Assembly (NCBI RefSeq): GCF_006345805.1
Contig: NC_043012.1
Location: forward strand, 57,598,001 to 57,662,000
DNA from: Octopus sinensis
Taxonomy: Eukaryota
DNA: 64,000 bases
Reading direction: 5' to 3'
In this document: one piece after another, positions 37,505 through 51,574 of the stretch
Position numbering within the stretch: position 1 is the stretch's first letter
Layout of the letters: every line of letters begins with the position of its first letter
Program-made: the position numbers and the translations under genes
The notes under the pieces: model-generated
Databases searched by the model: none
The model's input: only the letters and a program-made list of their open reading frames with translations
Told to the model about the DNA's origin: nothing

Positions 37505-39556
37505 TATTATCCTGTGCAAGGCAGTGAGCTGGGCAAAATGCTTAGCGGCATTTCCTCCATCTTTACGTTCTGAGTTCAAATTCCGCTGAGGTCGACTTCG
37601 ACTTTAATAAGTCAGGGTCTATGAAATAAAATACCAGCTGAAATAAGCACTGGAGTCGAACTTGCTGGCCTTGTGCCCAAATTTATTATTATCCCATTAT
37701 TATCCCATCCAGGAATAACGATACTCCTACATTCGATCAATCTGGTCACTTTCATTCCAGGTTTGACTATTACATCTTACATACAAGCACAGTGTATCTA
37801 GGACTCTATATTAAAACGATCTCTTTTCCTTTTTACGATTGGGTGTTTTGGGGGGAGATATTTTGTTGCCGTTTCTTGCAGGTTAAGTGAACAGATTAGC
37901 AGCATCCGCATAAGCTCGGTTGTTAATAGAGCGAATGTAAAGGTAGAACCGAGCAGTGTAATTAACTGTAGGATTGTATAATTACTATAATTGCTTTTTA
38001 TTGATCCGGTACCGAGAGATACGTTTTTAAGATAAGAGTGAGTAATCTGAAATCTTGCAATGTTCACGGTATGAGTTTCTCAATTTCGAAACTAGCCTAC
38101 GGATATATTTATATGTAGGGAGGGGGGGGGAATATGGCATAAGAAGATGAGTGACAACTGGATCGATCGAACGTAGGGATAACTGACTAACTAATAATAA
38201 TAATAATAATATTAATAATAATCCTTTATACTAAAGGCACAAGGCCTGAAATTTTGCATCGACCCCAGTACTCAACTGGTACTTATTTCATCGAAAGCGA
38301 AAGGATGCAAAGCAGAATCGATCTCAGCAAAATTTGAACTCAGAATGTAGAGACAGACCAAATGCCGCTAAGTATTTTGCCCGGAGTGCTAACGATTCTG
38401 CCAGCTTGCTGCGTTGTTACTACTACTACTACTACTAATAATAATAATAATCTTTTCTATTATAGGCACAGAGCCTGAAATTGTGGGGGGAGGGGACAAG
38501 TCGGTTACATCGACCCCAGTGCGTAACTGGTACTTAATTTATCGACACCGAAAGGATGAAAGGCAAAGTCGACCTCGGCGGAATTTGAACTCAGAACGTA
38601 GCGACGGGCAAAATACCGCTAAGCATTTCATCCATCGTGCTAACGATTTTGCCAGTTCTTTGCCTTAATAATAATAATAATAATAATATAATAATAATAA
38701 TAGTGATTTTAAATTTTGGCACGAGACCAGTTTTTCGGGGGAGGGGGTAAATCGATTATATCAACCCTAGTGTTCAACTGGTATTTAATTTATCGACCCC
38801 GAAAGGATGAATGGTAGAGTCGACCTCGGCGGAATGTGAACTCAGAACGTAAAGAATCAGAATAAATGTTGCCGACTCTCTAGCGATTTTGCTTATTTAT
38901 AATAATATTTCCTAATTTAGGAAGGCGGTGAGCTGGCAGAAACGTTAGCACGCCAGGCGAAATGTCTTGCGGTATTTCGTCTGTCTTTACGTTCTGAGTT
39001 CAAATTCCGCCAAGGTCGAGTTTGTCTGTCATTCTTTCGGGGTCGATAAATTAAGTACCAGTTACGCATTGGGGATCGGTGTAATCGACTTAATCCCTTT
39101 GCCTGTCCTTGTTTGTCCCCTCTATGTTTCGCTCCTTGTGGGCAATAAAGAAATAAGAAACGTTAGCATGCCGGGCGAAATGTTTAGCGGTATTTCGTCT
39201 GTCTTTATGTTCTGAGTTCAAATTCCGCCGAGGTCGACTTTGCCTTTCATCTTTGCGGGGTCAATAAATTAAGTACCAGTTGCGTACTGTGGTCGATCTA
39301 ATCCACTGGCCCCCTCCCTAAAAATTTCGGGCCTTGTGCCTACAGGAGAAAAGAATATTTTCGAATTTAGGCACAAGGGGATTAGGCGATACCGCCACCG
39401 GTAGTACTAGGCTAGTACACTATTTTATCAACCTGGGAGGGACGCAATGGAATAAAATACTCGTCTTGTATCGAAGTCGATGTTATCGATTAATCTACTC
39501 CCCTCAAATCAGCTGGTCATCCGTTTTATTTAGAAACAAACTAAAGCAAAATCAGT

Positions 39557-39734
39557 AGCTGTAGGTGGCTGAGTGGTAAGTAGCTTGCTTACCAACCACA
39601 TGGTTCCGGTTTCAGTCCCACTGCGTGGCACCTTGGGCATGTGTCTTCTACTATAGCCTCGGACCGACCAAAGCCTTATGAGTTGATTTGGTTGACGGAA
39701 ACTGAAAGAAGCCCGTCGTATATATATATATATT

Positions 39735-39765
<31 letters not shown>

Positions 39766-39920
39766 TACGTCCCCGTAACTTTGCGATTCGGCAAAAGAGA
39801 CCGATAGAATAAGTACTAGGCTTACAAAAAATAAAGTCCTGGGGTCGATTTGCTCGACTAAAGGCGTTGCTCCAGCATGGCCACAGTCAAATGACTGAAA
39901 CACGTAAAAGAGTAAAAGAG
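39557..39920 (+). mobile_element. SINE B
   Basis: Head, internal (TA)(TG) tract and TAAAAGAG tail. Confidence 0.88.
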
Positions 39921-40196
39921 AGCAATAGCAGCAGCAGCACCACCACCAACAGCAACAACAACAAGAACAATAATGGCTACTTCTAATACAGTCACAAGGG
40001 TTGCAATTTTGAGGTGGAGAACTTAGTCAGGGCCACTAGTCCCAGTTCTTGACTGGTACTTCGTTTTATCGACTCCAAAAAGATGGACGGCAAACTCGAC
40101 TTCTTTTGCGTGATTTAGACTCAAAATGCAAGGAGACGAAACAAATATCACAATTATTCGACGCTCTATTAATCTACCACACAGTAGTTCTTTCCA

Positions 40197-40582
40197 GTGG
40201 AGGCGCAATGGCCCAGTGGTTAGGGCAGCGGACTCGCGGTCATAGGATCGCGGTTTCGATTCCCAGACCGGGCGTTGTGAGTGTTTATTGAGCGAAAACA
40301 CCTAAAAGCTCCACGAGGCTCCGGCCGGGGATGGTGGTGATCCCTGCTGTACTCTTTCACCACAACTTTCTCTCACTCTTACTTCCTGTTTCTGTTGTAC
40401 CTGTATTTCAAGGGGCCGGCTTTGTCACACTCTGTATCACGCTGAATATCCCCGAGAACTACGTTAAGGGTACACGTGTCTGTGGAGTGCTCAGCCACTT
40501 ACACGTTAATTTCACGATCAGGCTGTTCCGTTGATTCGGATCAACCGGAACCCTCATCGTCGTAACCGACGGAGTGCTTCCA
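40197..40582 (+). mobile_element. full-length SINE D
   Basis: Complete to GACGGAGTGCTTCCA. Approximate 12-bp TSD: TAGTTCTTTCCA (40185-96) and TAATTCTTTCCA (40583-94). Confidence 0.93.
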
Positions 40583-41246
40583 TAATTCTTTCCAATTTTT
40601 ATCACAAGGCCAGCAATTTTGAAGCGAAAGGCAAGTTGTTTACATCGACCCCTCCCAATGCTTGACTAGCACTTATTTTATGAATCTCCAAATGATGACA
40701 GGTGAAGTCGACCTTGGCGGAATTGGAACTCAGAATGTAGTGAGTCAAACGAAGTGCTTTTAAGCATTTTGTCCGACGCTCGATCTTTTGATCACCCTTA
40801 ATAAGAATTTCAAATACAGATATAAGACCGGAAATTTTGTGGAAACGGTAAGTTGAGAAAAAAGAAACCAACCCAGTGAATAGTCTGGTACTTAATTTTG
40901 TTGTCCCCGAAAAGATGAAAAAGGAGGTTGACCTCGGAGAGAATTGAACTTGGAACGCAAAGATCCGGAACGATTGCCTCAACGCTCTAACATTTTATAA
41001 ATCCACTGCAATGATCACAAGAAGTATTAAAGTTACAAGTCGGAAATTTAAAAAAAAGTATTCTGCCAGTTGTTCAGTTTATATAAATAAATAAACTCAA
41101 TACAAACGCAGACGAGTTTCTGATCTTCAAACCGGAAGCCGTGTTACGTCACTGTTATTCCCCTGTTATTGACCAACTTTCCGTCCAAATACAAATCATG
41201 GTTTTTCAATACATACATACATATATGTACACATACTCACATACAC

Positions 41247-41288
<42 letters not shown>

Positions 41289-41319
41289 CTATATTATAAT
41301 GTGTGTATATAATTACATC

Positions 41320-41388
<69 letters not shown>

Positions 41389-41867
41389 TAACTGGAGGAT
41401 CTAAGACTTTCGACAAATAAGAAAATAGACAAGAAAAGACATTAGCTCTCAAATCTGTGTACTATTTGTCTACTCACCAAAATGGCTGAATCTAAATGCT
41501 CCTCTCAATGAAAGCATATTTTTATGAAATCGCAGTGGTGAACATAATCATTCCTTGAAAATTTAATGTCTCTTATCTAAAGTGATTGATAGTTTCCTTA
41601 GTTAAAAATCAATCATACGAGATTGACAGCCGCAGTGGCAAAATATTTCATAGCGCACAACCGAACTAAGATGGTACCTAACAAACAGTAAGAAGAAATA
41701 TTTCTTATAGTTTAGGAAACGGAAGTAATCATCAGAAACCGGAAATATCCTTTTCGATGATATAAATTCAGGAAAATAGGATAGTTATTCGAAGGAAATA
41801 TCATTTTTGTGTATGCAACGCAGCTTTCATACAATACCTTTGCGTATACGGACACACACACGTGTAA

Positions 41868-41980
<113 letters not shown>

Positions 41981-42140
41981 GGAGCGTGCGTGTAACTAGA
42001 TTATTCATTATATATATATGTATATGTATATGTATATATAAATATTCATACAGGTGCATATGTAAAAATATGTATATATATATATATGTTCATACAAGTG
42101 TATATATATATAGATATAGGTTTATATGCATACATACACT

Positions 42141-42171
<31 letters not shown>

Positions 42172-42853
42172 CCATGCATATATATGTAGATATGCATCTA
42201 CACACATGCATATATACACACACATATATACATGTGTGTGTGGTGTGTGTGTGTACAGCTAGTCATGCATTATTCAGTATATATGTATACGTACACACAC
42301 ATATGTATATATATTATATTCTATATATATATAATATATATATATTAATATATATATATATATATATCTGAGAGCACACAGGCCTACGTACTAATACACA
42401 AACAGACAAGCACACATATGGATGATTCTCTGATATTAAGATTGTTATACGACTCTTGATAAGTATATAAACGAATTTGTATTCTAAACAAAGGAAAATA
42501 AAATAGATTATATCAATGGAAAGGAATAATAAATTATAAAAACTGAATTTCACAAATAATCAATTTCTGGTATAACAATACCATCTAATATATAATATAT
42601 ATATATATATGTGTGTGTGTGTGTATGTGTGTATGTGTGTATGTATGTATGTATGTATGTATATTCATCGTCTAATATTATATTGCTTTTTATGACATAG
42701 AACTGATGAGACTGTTACCGGCGGTTTCGCGTCGAATATTGCTAGTAGACAATATTGATGTTTCTTCAGAAATGTTGGCCGGAAGCGCATCTAAAAATAA
42801 ACCAAGTTTCTCTGTCTCCGTCTGTCCGCCTGTCCTTCCCACTCTCTTTCTCT

Positions 42854-42899
<46 letters not shown>

Positions 42900-43355
42900 T
42901 TATGTGTGTATGTATATTCTTTTATTTATACACTTGTTTTAGCCATTAGGCTGCGATTATGTTAGGTTACTATCTTAAATTTTCTAGTCGATCATATTGT
43001 CCCTTAATTTAGAGTATTATTTCTTCGATCTGTAGTCAACGAATCAGTTTTATTATTTTGTCATAACATACATGCTCGCACACGTTTACACATTACTTTT
43101 GTTGATCCAACAACAGACATGTAACAATATGCTTTTAAAAGTAATCGCCTGTCGATAGGGCTAAGGCAAAGTGACATCTAACTAACTGAAAACACCTTTA
43201 AAAACCGATATATTCAGTATCTTCAATCGTTCACATATAGTAGCAACAGAAATAGGATTTTGTTATGAAGACACATTTCGTACTAAAAGGTGGGGGATAA
43301 ATTAAATCAGCAGTATGTATCAATTAAATCGGATGTATCATTGCGACAGCAAAGC

Positions 43356-43489
43356 CGTACAACTCTGCTAGTTATATATGTAATTTATGCACGGCTGAGA
43401 AACTTAGCATATTCAATGTAAATCGTACAGCGGTGCTAGTTATATATGTAATCTATGCACGGCTGAGAAACTTGGTATATTCATTGTAC
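43356..43489. repeat. 68-bp tandem duplication
   Basis: TGCTAGTTATATATGTAAT(T/C)TATGCACGGCTGAGAAACTT at 43366 and 43434. Confidence 0.85.
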
Positions 43490-43611
43490 CTGAAAGTGTC
43501 TTATATATGAAAGAAAAACACATTTTCTGTTTGTTTACTCATGTAAAAATTCACTCAAATCTTTGAACCATACTCTGTGGTGTTGCATTGAAGTTAGACA
43601 CCGCTGTATTC

Positions 43612-43998
43612 TATTCTTTTTGTTTTACTTGTTTCAGTCATTTGACTGCGGCCATGCTGGGGCACCGCCTTTTGTCGAGCAACTCGACCCCAGGACGTAT
43701 TCTTTGTAAGCCCAGTACTTATTCTATCGGTATCTTTTGCCGAACCGCTAAGTTACGGGGACATAAACAAACCAGTATCGGTTGTCAAGCGATGTTGGGG
43801 GACAAATACAGACACACAAACACGCACACACATACGACGGGCTTCTTTCAGTTTCCGTCTACCAAGTCCACACACAAGGCTTTAGTTGGCCCGAGGCTAT
43901 AGTAGAATACACTTGGCCAGGGTGCCACGCAGTTGGACTGAACCCGGAACCATGTGACTGGTAAGCAAGCTACTTACCACACAGCCACTCCTGCGCCT
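43612..43998 (-). mobile_element. full-length SINE B
   Basis: Ends ...CACACAGCCACTCCTGCGCC on the plus strand. Confidence 0.92.
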
Positions 43999-44452
43999 AG
44001 ATACATTAGTTAAATACAGAATTTCGGAATGAGAGATTTGTGACTTAAAGCATAAATTCGAGGTTTAGACTTAAATATGAGAAATTCCAGCGAAGGCAAA
44101 CAACACTGTCGCCCTTTAAGTTATCTCCCCTTAAAAGGACAATGGTTGAAAGTAATTTATTGTGACAAATGATATTTATTATTAATTCATGCACTTCATA
44201 AAACTTCTCCTCCCTGTAAAATATGTAGCATTGTGGAAATGTTCAGAACCAGTATTTATTGAGATGTATTTCCCCAACCAACAAGAAGCACTTCTTCGAA
44301 ATTTTCGTATAGTATAAATATACATTAGAATTAACGACAAGGAAGTGGGTGTGTCTTGGAGCCTTCTTAGATATTTTCACTGCTTTTAATATGAAAGAAA
44401 TATGTCAGCTGACCAACGGTGGATAAATGGAAGTTATTAATGTATGTATACT

Positions 44453-44864
44453 CTTTTACTCTTTTATTCTTTTACATGTTTCAGTCATTTGACTGCGGCC
44501 ATGATGGAGTACCGCCTTTAGTCGAGCAAATCGACCCCGGGACTTATTCTTTGTAAGCCCAGTACTTATTCTATCGGTCTCTTTTGCCGAACCGCTAAGT
44601 GACGGGGACGTAAACACACCAGCATCGGTTGTCAAGCAATGCTAGGGGTACAAACACAGACACACAAACACATACACATACATACATATACATATATATA
44701 CTTATATACGACAGGCTTCTTTCAGGTTCCGTCTACCAAATCCACTCACAAGGCATTGGTCGGCCCGGGGCTATAGCAGAGGACACTCGCCCAAGATGCC
44801 ACGCAGTGGGACTGAACCCGGAACCATGTGGTTGGTTAGCAAGCTACTTACCACACAGCCACTC
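44453..44864 (-). mobile_element. full-length SINE B
   Basis: Colinear with 43612-43998. Confidence 0.92.
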
Positions 44865-44939
44865 GTGAATATTGTTAATGTGTATATATATATGTATGTG
44901 TGTATGTGAATATGTGCATGTGTATATATGAATCAATCA

Positions 44940-45046
<107 letters not shown>

Positions 45047-45237
45047 ATTCCCTGTGGTTCTGTCTGTCCCTCTGTTTCTGTCTGTTTGCCTGTGTGCCTG
45101 CCTGGTTTGTTGGTTTCTTCGTTTATGGTGGTTTTGGTGTTTGTCTTATACATTGAAATTGTGTGGTTGTCCTTTGGAACCTTAACTATTGGTAGTACTT
45201 ATGTAAGGGCTTGTAGACAGCTTAGAAAAGTTTTGTT

Positions 45238-45276
<39 letters not shown>

Positions 45277-45751
45277 GAGAGAGAGAGATTAGGAAAGATA
45301 GATGTGTGTGCGTGTGTTTATATATAGTTTAAGCCTGTCCAGAATAGCAGGCCACTAGACTAGCTTAAAGAAATTGCTATATTTTACATTTGTGTTGAGT
45401 ACTTCTTCATGTCATTACCAACGGCATGCATGTATACTTCTTTGTGTGTTGCTGTGTAAATACTCATACACAATGATTTTTTTTTTAGCATTTTTACACA
45501 TTGATTACCGTTTTCCTTCTTGAGGTTACTAAGTTCAGTTTCCATTGAATGATAAAAATAAGTAGAAAACGACGTTCTGAATAATTAGCTAACAGTTTCA
45601 TTTATGAAATTACAGTTGTGAAATTACAGTTAAAGTTAGAACTATCTTTAAATACCTACAGGATATTTAACCCATCTTCTATCCTGTGTATGACATGTTA
45701 TATTCAAGACACGTAGCACTGGCATCCATTTGTCATATATGATACACATTC

Positions 45752-46145
45752 GTGGAGGCGCAATGGCCCAGTGGTTAGGGCAGCGGACTCGCGGTCATAG
45801 GATTGCGGTTTCAATTCCCAGACCGGGCGTTGTGAGCGTTTATTGAGCGAAAACACCTAAAGCTCCACGAGGCTCCGGCAGGGGATGGTGGTGATCCCTG
45901 CTGTACTCTTTCACCACAACTTTCTCTCACTCTTACTTCCTGTTTCTGTTGTACCTGTATTTCAAGGGGCCGGCCTTGTCACTCTCTGTGTCACGCTGAA
46001 TATCCCCGAGAACTACGTTAAGGGTACACGTGTCTGTGGAGTGCTCAGTCACTTACACGTTAATTTCACGAGCAGGCTGTTCCGTTGATTCGGATCAACC
46101 GGAACCCTCGTCGTCGTAACCGACGGAGTGCTTCCATTCCATTCC
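45752..46145 (+). mobile_element. full-length SINE D with (TTCCA)3 tail and 13-bp TSD
   Basis: ATGATACACATTC at 45739-45751 and 46146-46158. Confidence 0.95.
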
Positions 46146-46312
46146 ATGATACACATTCTCAATCTTTTCTCAACTACCAGAGTAACATAGGACTTCTGAA
46201 AGGAAAGCCGTATATAATTCTGAATCGTATGAAACAAGGGCTTACTGAAAACCTGAAGACAAGCAGGGCCCGTTAGAACAAAAATATGAAAATGTTTTGG
46301 GTAGCCAAACGG

Positions 46313-46371
<59 letters not shown>

Positions 46372-46379
46372 AGTCTCTA

Positions 46380-46900
46380 TTTATGGAATTAATGCGTGCT
46401 TTGCTTTTGGTGTCAAACCAGGGGGTGGATGATGCATTGTTGAGTAAACGTTATGGAGGAATGGAAGGTCTTATCGTCTGCATAGGAGTCGGCGTTCTTG
46501 GATATTACAGCAAGTAAATTATTGATGTTTAGCATAAGAGATTGGGTGAACAACACCAAATCCTGTTGATTGAGAATGGGGCAGAAATCGCTCCGTCAAC
46601 ACATGCTGCAGTGGTGCGATTAAACTGGGTGCTAACGCTCCAGAGGATGAGAGATGAGCAGAATCAAAATGGTCAGTTAGAAAGCAGCAAATCGAGAAAG
46701 CTTGAGAGCCGTGAGGTATACGAAGGTATCCTTTGCTTACCAGATATTGACTTTACAAGAATTGGGTTGCCTGGTGAAGGGCACTCAAGTTGGGAAGTGG
46801 GTAAAGTTTGCCAGGCCTTTTTGTTTTGCCCTAAGGGCTGCAACACAACTATCAGTAAATCATTTCTGGAACTTGGGACATTAAGATTTTGTTGCATATA
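46380..46900 (-). pseudogene. CR1/L2-group LINE reverse transcriptase remnant
   Basis: Frameshifted ...AACVDGAISAPFSIN..Q..VLSP.L.MLNINNLLAVISKNADSYADDKTFHSS; YADD codons at 46473-46484. Confidence 0.75.
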
Positions 46901-47280
46901 GGATGTAAAGATACATACTAATGATTTGTTAAGTTTATCTCTTCGGATATTCTATAGAAATTATGGACAGCATTAATTTTTCTTACAACGTCTCGCATCC
47001 GGGACATCAGATGTAAACAAACAATGAGATCAAAGATGAAGAAAGTGTAATGGGAATATATGCCATATTTCGGGGGATTTTCCCTTTCATCAGTACTCAT
47101 TTAACCCCTTATCATCCATGAATACATTGCTTAAATGTTAATATTAATATTATTATAAAAAGAACATGCTAAAAAAGGATGGTTTCACTCACCTGCCTAA
47201 AATATAAGATCGAAGATGAAAAAAGAGTAATGGACGCATATGCCATATTTCTTGGGTGAGGGGTGGGGTTCCCCCTTCAT

Positions 47281-47392
47281 CGATAAATTAAGTACCAGTT
47301 ACGCACTGGGGTCGATGTAATCGACTTAATCCGTTTGTCTGTCCTTGTTTGTCCCCTCTGTGTTTAGCCCCTTGTGGGTAGTAAAGAAATAT
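47281..47392 (+). mobile_element. SINE A 3' half
   Basis: CGATAAATTAAGTACCAG...GTAGTAAAGAAATA. Confidence 0.9.
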
Positions 47393-47399
47393 ATATATA

Positions 47400-47605
47400 T
47401 ATATATATATGCCATGCTTGACCGCTAAATCTCACAAGTTTTTTTTTTTGTTCTCTCTCTGTTTATTTCCTCATATTCCTTTCAGATGAAGAGCGTAGGC
47501 TCGAAACATAAAAGTCTTTCTCACTTTCCCGAGCGTCAAACTTATACACATGATTGTTGTTCATACGCCTGTTTTCGTCTTTTGCGTTTCTGTAAATTCA
47601 AACTA
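47400..47605 (+). mobile_element. Penelope-like terminal fragment carrying a minimal hammerhead-like motif (47479-47514)
   Basis: CTTT-CAGATGA-A-GAGC-GTAG-GCTC-GAAAC-ATA-AAAG gives stem I CTTT/AAAG and stem II GAGC/GCTC. The downstream TTTCCCGAGCGTC is shared with 50205-50298 (-). Confidence 0.5.
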
Positions 47606-47780
47606 GAAGGCAATTGGTTCGTTTCTACCTTTTTCCCCTATTCCTTGTTTTCTTTTCAAAGCGCGAGCTAAATTTGCATGTTTATCGACAAAAAGGTACA
47701 GCTTACATTGTAACGCTGTTGATGATGACTGCTGTGATAGTGGTGGGGATGATGGTTGAGGTGGCCGTGGTGGTGGTGGT

Positions 47781-48110
47781 GAAGATTGTGATGGTATGAT
47801 GGTAGTGGTGGTGATAAAGGTTGTGTTAGTGATAGTGGTGGTAGTGATGATGGGGTTTGATGATGGCATTGGCGGCGAAGATGATGGTGATGGAAGTGGT
47901 GACGGTTGTGGTGGTGGTGGTTGTGGTGGTGGTTGTGGTGTTGGTGAAGATTGTGATGGTATGATGGTAGTGGTGGTGATAAAAGTTGTGTTAGTGGTGG
48001 TGGTGGTAGTGATGATGGGGTTTGATGATGGCATTGGCGGCGAAGATGATGGTGATGGAAGTGGTGACGGTTGTGGTGGTGGTGGTTGTGGTGGTGGTTG
48101 TGGTGGTGGT
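47781..48110. repeat. 165-bp tandem duplication within (GGT/GAT) microsatellite
   Basis: GAAGATTGTGATGGTATGATGG at 47781 and 47946. Confidence 0.9.
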
Positions 48111-48501
48111 GGTGGTAGTGGTGGTGATGATGATGGTGTTGTTAGCTATGATGATGATATTGGTGATGATGATAACGACGACGATGATGATTCATTCACA
48201 CTTTTTTGCTGTAAAGCATTGGACTGCATAAGTGGCTGAAGCGATATGAAGAACAATCTGTTTCAGACACTTGACCTGGCCTGGGACACGCACATAGATA
48301 GCAACTCTGGTGATGGGAGCTACTTGCCAGAAATAACAAGCAAAAAAAAACCCCAAAAAACAAACAACAATCCCACCACGAAAAAAAAAAAACCAACGAG
48401 CATCATCTTATTATCTTACAACAAAACGTAAAAAAGAATAATATCAAATCTAGGAACGATATATTAAGTAATGTATGTAGTTTTTGATGTAAATATCTTT
48501 T

Positions 48502-48535
<34 letters not shown>

Positions 48536-49179
48536 GAAAAGAAGAAAGAGCGAGACGAGATTATCGATGCTGAAAGAACGCCTTTGATCAGAAGGTCAAG
48601 TCGATCGAGACTGACCTGTGTTTAAACAGCAACAACAAGAACAAGAACAACAGCAGCAGCAGTAGTAGTGGTAGCAGCAGCAAAAGCAACAAGGCTGGAG
48701 AAAGTAAACACAACAACAACAACAACTACAACAACTACAACAACAGCACCAGCAATGGTACAGAGAAACGAAACGAAACATAGGTTATGTTTTGTAGAAC
48801 GCTAAGAAATTTTTCGAAGTCTAGGATGTAAAAACTAAAGCGTTGGTCTTCAGAAAAATTGTTATTGAAGAAACATCACTCAAGGGAACTAAATAATTGG
48901 TTTTGTTATCGAAATAACCATCGCAATATAGAGTTTTCAATATCAGATTAATTTCTAATCTATAAAATGAAAACAACAACAACAACAATAACAATAACAA
49001 CGAGAGGAAAAACAAACACACATGTACACGCACACACATACAAAAAAAAATAAATAAAATACTCAAGGAACACGTGTTTGTGTGTGGCTTCGTATATGTG
49101 CGCGCATATGTATAGATGTATATGAGTGCATATATAAATATATACACATATATATATGTATATGGTTATGTATAACTGC

Positions 49180-49232
<53 letters not shown>

Positions 49233-49734
49233 GAAACTTACTTTCAAAAGGATACCATATAGTGAACTTTCATTTTTATACAATCACATATGTGCGTGCA
49301 TGATTGCGTATATTCATTTGCATATGTGTACATGCACACACACACGCACACACACACATACACACATGCACACACACACAGAGACGTGTGTATGTGTGTG
49401 TATGTGTGTATTTCCTGTTCTGTATCAGTTTATACGTTTCTATGTTCGCATGCAAGTTTGTATGTGTTTATTGTTTCTTCTTCAAGATTTTTTTTTCTTG
49501 TATAAAAATCAAATTATTTCTTCGCTGTACTCCCGCTCCCCCGGCAGCCCCCCCCCTCTCTCTCTGTTTTCTCTTCTTTGAATCGCGCTAAATTTAAACA
49601 CAAAGACACCCAATATCGCAAGAGGAGAGATGGAGCTAAAAAATAAATACTTGAAGATATCGCTGTATATATATATATATACATATCTTTATATATATAT
49701 ACATGTATATATATATATATACTTTTTCTTTTAT

Positions 49735-49952
49735 TCTTTTACTATTTTACTTGTTTCAGTCATTTGAGTACAGTCATGCTGGAGCACCGCCCTTTAGTCG
49801 AACAAATCGACCCCAGGACTAATTCTTTGTAAGCCTAGTACTCATTCTATCGGACTCTTTTGCCAAACCGCTAAGTTACGGGGACGTAAACACACCAGCA
49901 TCGGTTGCCAAGCGATGGTGGGGGGTGGTGGACAAACATATACACATATACA

Positions 49953-50025
<73 letters not shown>

Positions 50026-50185
50026 GCCCGTTTTTTTCAGTTTCTGTGTACGAAATCCACTCACAAGGCTTGGTCGGTCCGAGGCTATAGCAGAAGACAC
50101 CTGCCCAAGGTGCCATGCAGTGGGTCTGAACCCGAAACGGTGTTGTTGGGAAGCAAGCTTCTTACCACGAGGCCACGCCTGCGCC
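49735..50185 (-). mobile_element. full-length SINE B with expanded internal (TA)n
   Basis: Family B head and tail motifs. Confidence 0.9.
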
Positions 50186-50204
50186 TATATATATATATAT
50201 ATAG

Positions 50205-50298
50205 TTAATCCAAACATGAAAACACAAAGAGAAAACATAACAACGCGAGGACGTGGAACAAGTATAGTGTTATTGGACGCTCAGGAAAGGAAAGAATT
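50205..50298 (-). mobile_element. short repeat fragment between (TA)n tracts, related to 47400-47605
   Basis: Reverse complement TTTCCTGAGCGTCCAATAACACTATACTTG...; both sides are (TA)n. Confidence 0.45.
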
Positions 50299-51574
50299 AT
50301 ATATATATATATATATTGATATATATATGTATATTTATATATGTGTATATATATATGTATGTATGTGTGTATGTGTGTGCACCTGTGTACTCGTGCGCTT
50401 GTGTGTGTATGTATACTTGCGTGTGTAAGTATTTAGGTGTTCGTGTGTGCGTACGTGTGTGAGTGTATATGTGTGAGCGTGTATGTATCCTTCTTTTGCA
50501 TATCTGTATGCAAACGCTTTTGTATGTATGCATACATTTGCGCGTGAGCTGCTTTGCGTGTGTAATATGCTTGGGTGCACGTGCGCACGCGTGTGTATGT
50601 TTGTGTGAGCATGTATGTATGTATGTATGTGTTTGTGCGTGCATGTGTGCGTTTGCGTGCATGTGTGTATGCTTGCGTGCATATGCACCTTCGCGAAACA
50701 ACTAAGATATGAGAGTGGTGATAAGAAAACGGTAAAATGGAATGAATAACAAGGAAGAATTATAAAAGACATTCTGTTACAAGGTTGCATCAAAGATTGT
50801 TTTCTGCGATGATTTTTTTCTTCTTCTAAATTTAACTTCTACCAATATCTATATTTGTTTTGAAGCTGTTTCCAATGACTCCATTTTTACCATTCCATTT
50901 TCAACAAACACTGAATATCTTCATCCATTTTCTTCCGACTAAAGATTCTTTGGGTTTTAAAGAAGATTCCTCATTCATTCACTCACTCACTCACTCCCCC
51001 TTCTCTCTCTCTCTCTCTCACCATTCTTACTAATCCATTTTTAACATTCTAGATATTTTACACCAAATTTTCTTCCACAAATATCTATTTTGGTTTCAAA
51101 GCAGGTCGATCTATTTCCATTTTTACCATTCCTTTTTCTTTATTCAACAGGCTACACCTTCTATATCCAATTTAATTCTTCCAATATCTATTTTGGTTTC
51201 GAAGCAAGTTGATCTGCTTCCATTCTTACCATCTTTTTAAAAGAATTTCCAACAGTACCCCCCCCCCTGTATGTAACTTTTCAAGACGGCTATTTGGCGG
51301 AGTCGTTACAGTGTCCGATTCATTGCTTAGCGAAATTCCTTCGATTCTCCACGATCACAGTTCCAATATGTTGAGATCAGACTTTGCTTGTCATCTATTC
51401 AGAGACCAAGAAATAAAGTACCAATCTCTTGGAACAAATATATTCACTCCTTTACCATAAAGGCTGCAGAGAATTTTGGGTCTCTCTTCCGTGCTCGCAA
51501 ATTTCTTACGCAAGAAAGTATCTTGTACCTCTAAGAGGCCACCATTCGATTTTGCATTAATATTGGTTATATTG

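Larger units (their letters stand above)
37517..40990. mobile_element. dense mixed-orientation SINE A cluster (about 10 copies/fragments)
   Basis: Plus copies at about 37517-37690, 38923-39160 and 39155-39350. Minus copies at about 38220-38410, 38450-38665, 38705-38890, 39360-39520, 40590-40800 and 40805-40990. Confidence 0.8.

Noticed and set aside
37881-37941. Candidate exon LSEQISSIRISSVVNRANVK
   Set aside because: The acceptor is good, but the donor is weak and the phase is incompatible with the other candidates.
50830-51235. Three degenerate ~100-bp repeats (CCAATATCTATTTTGGTTTCGAAGC core)
   Set aside because: An old local duplication with no TIR, TSD or coding signal.
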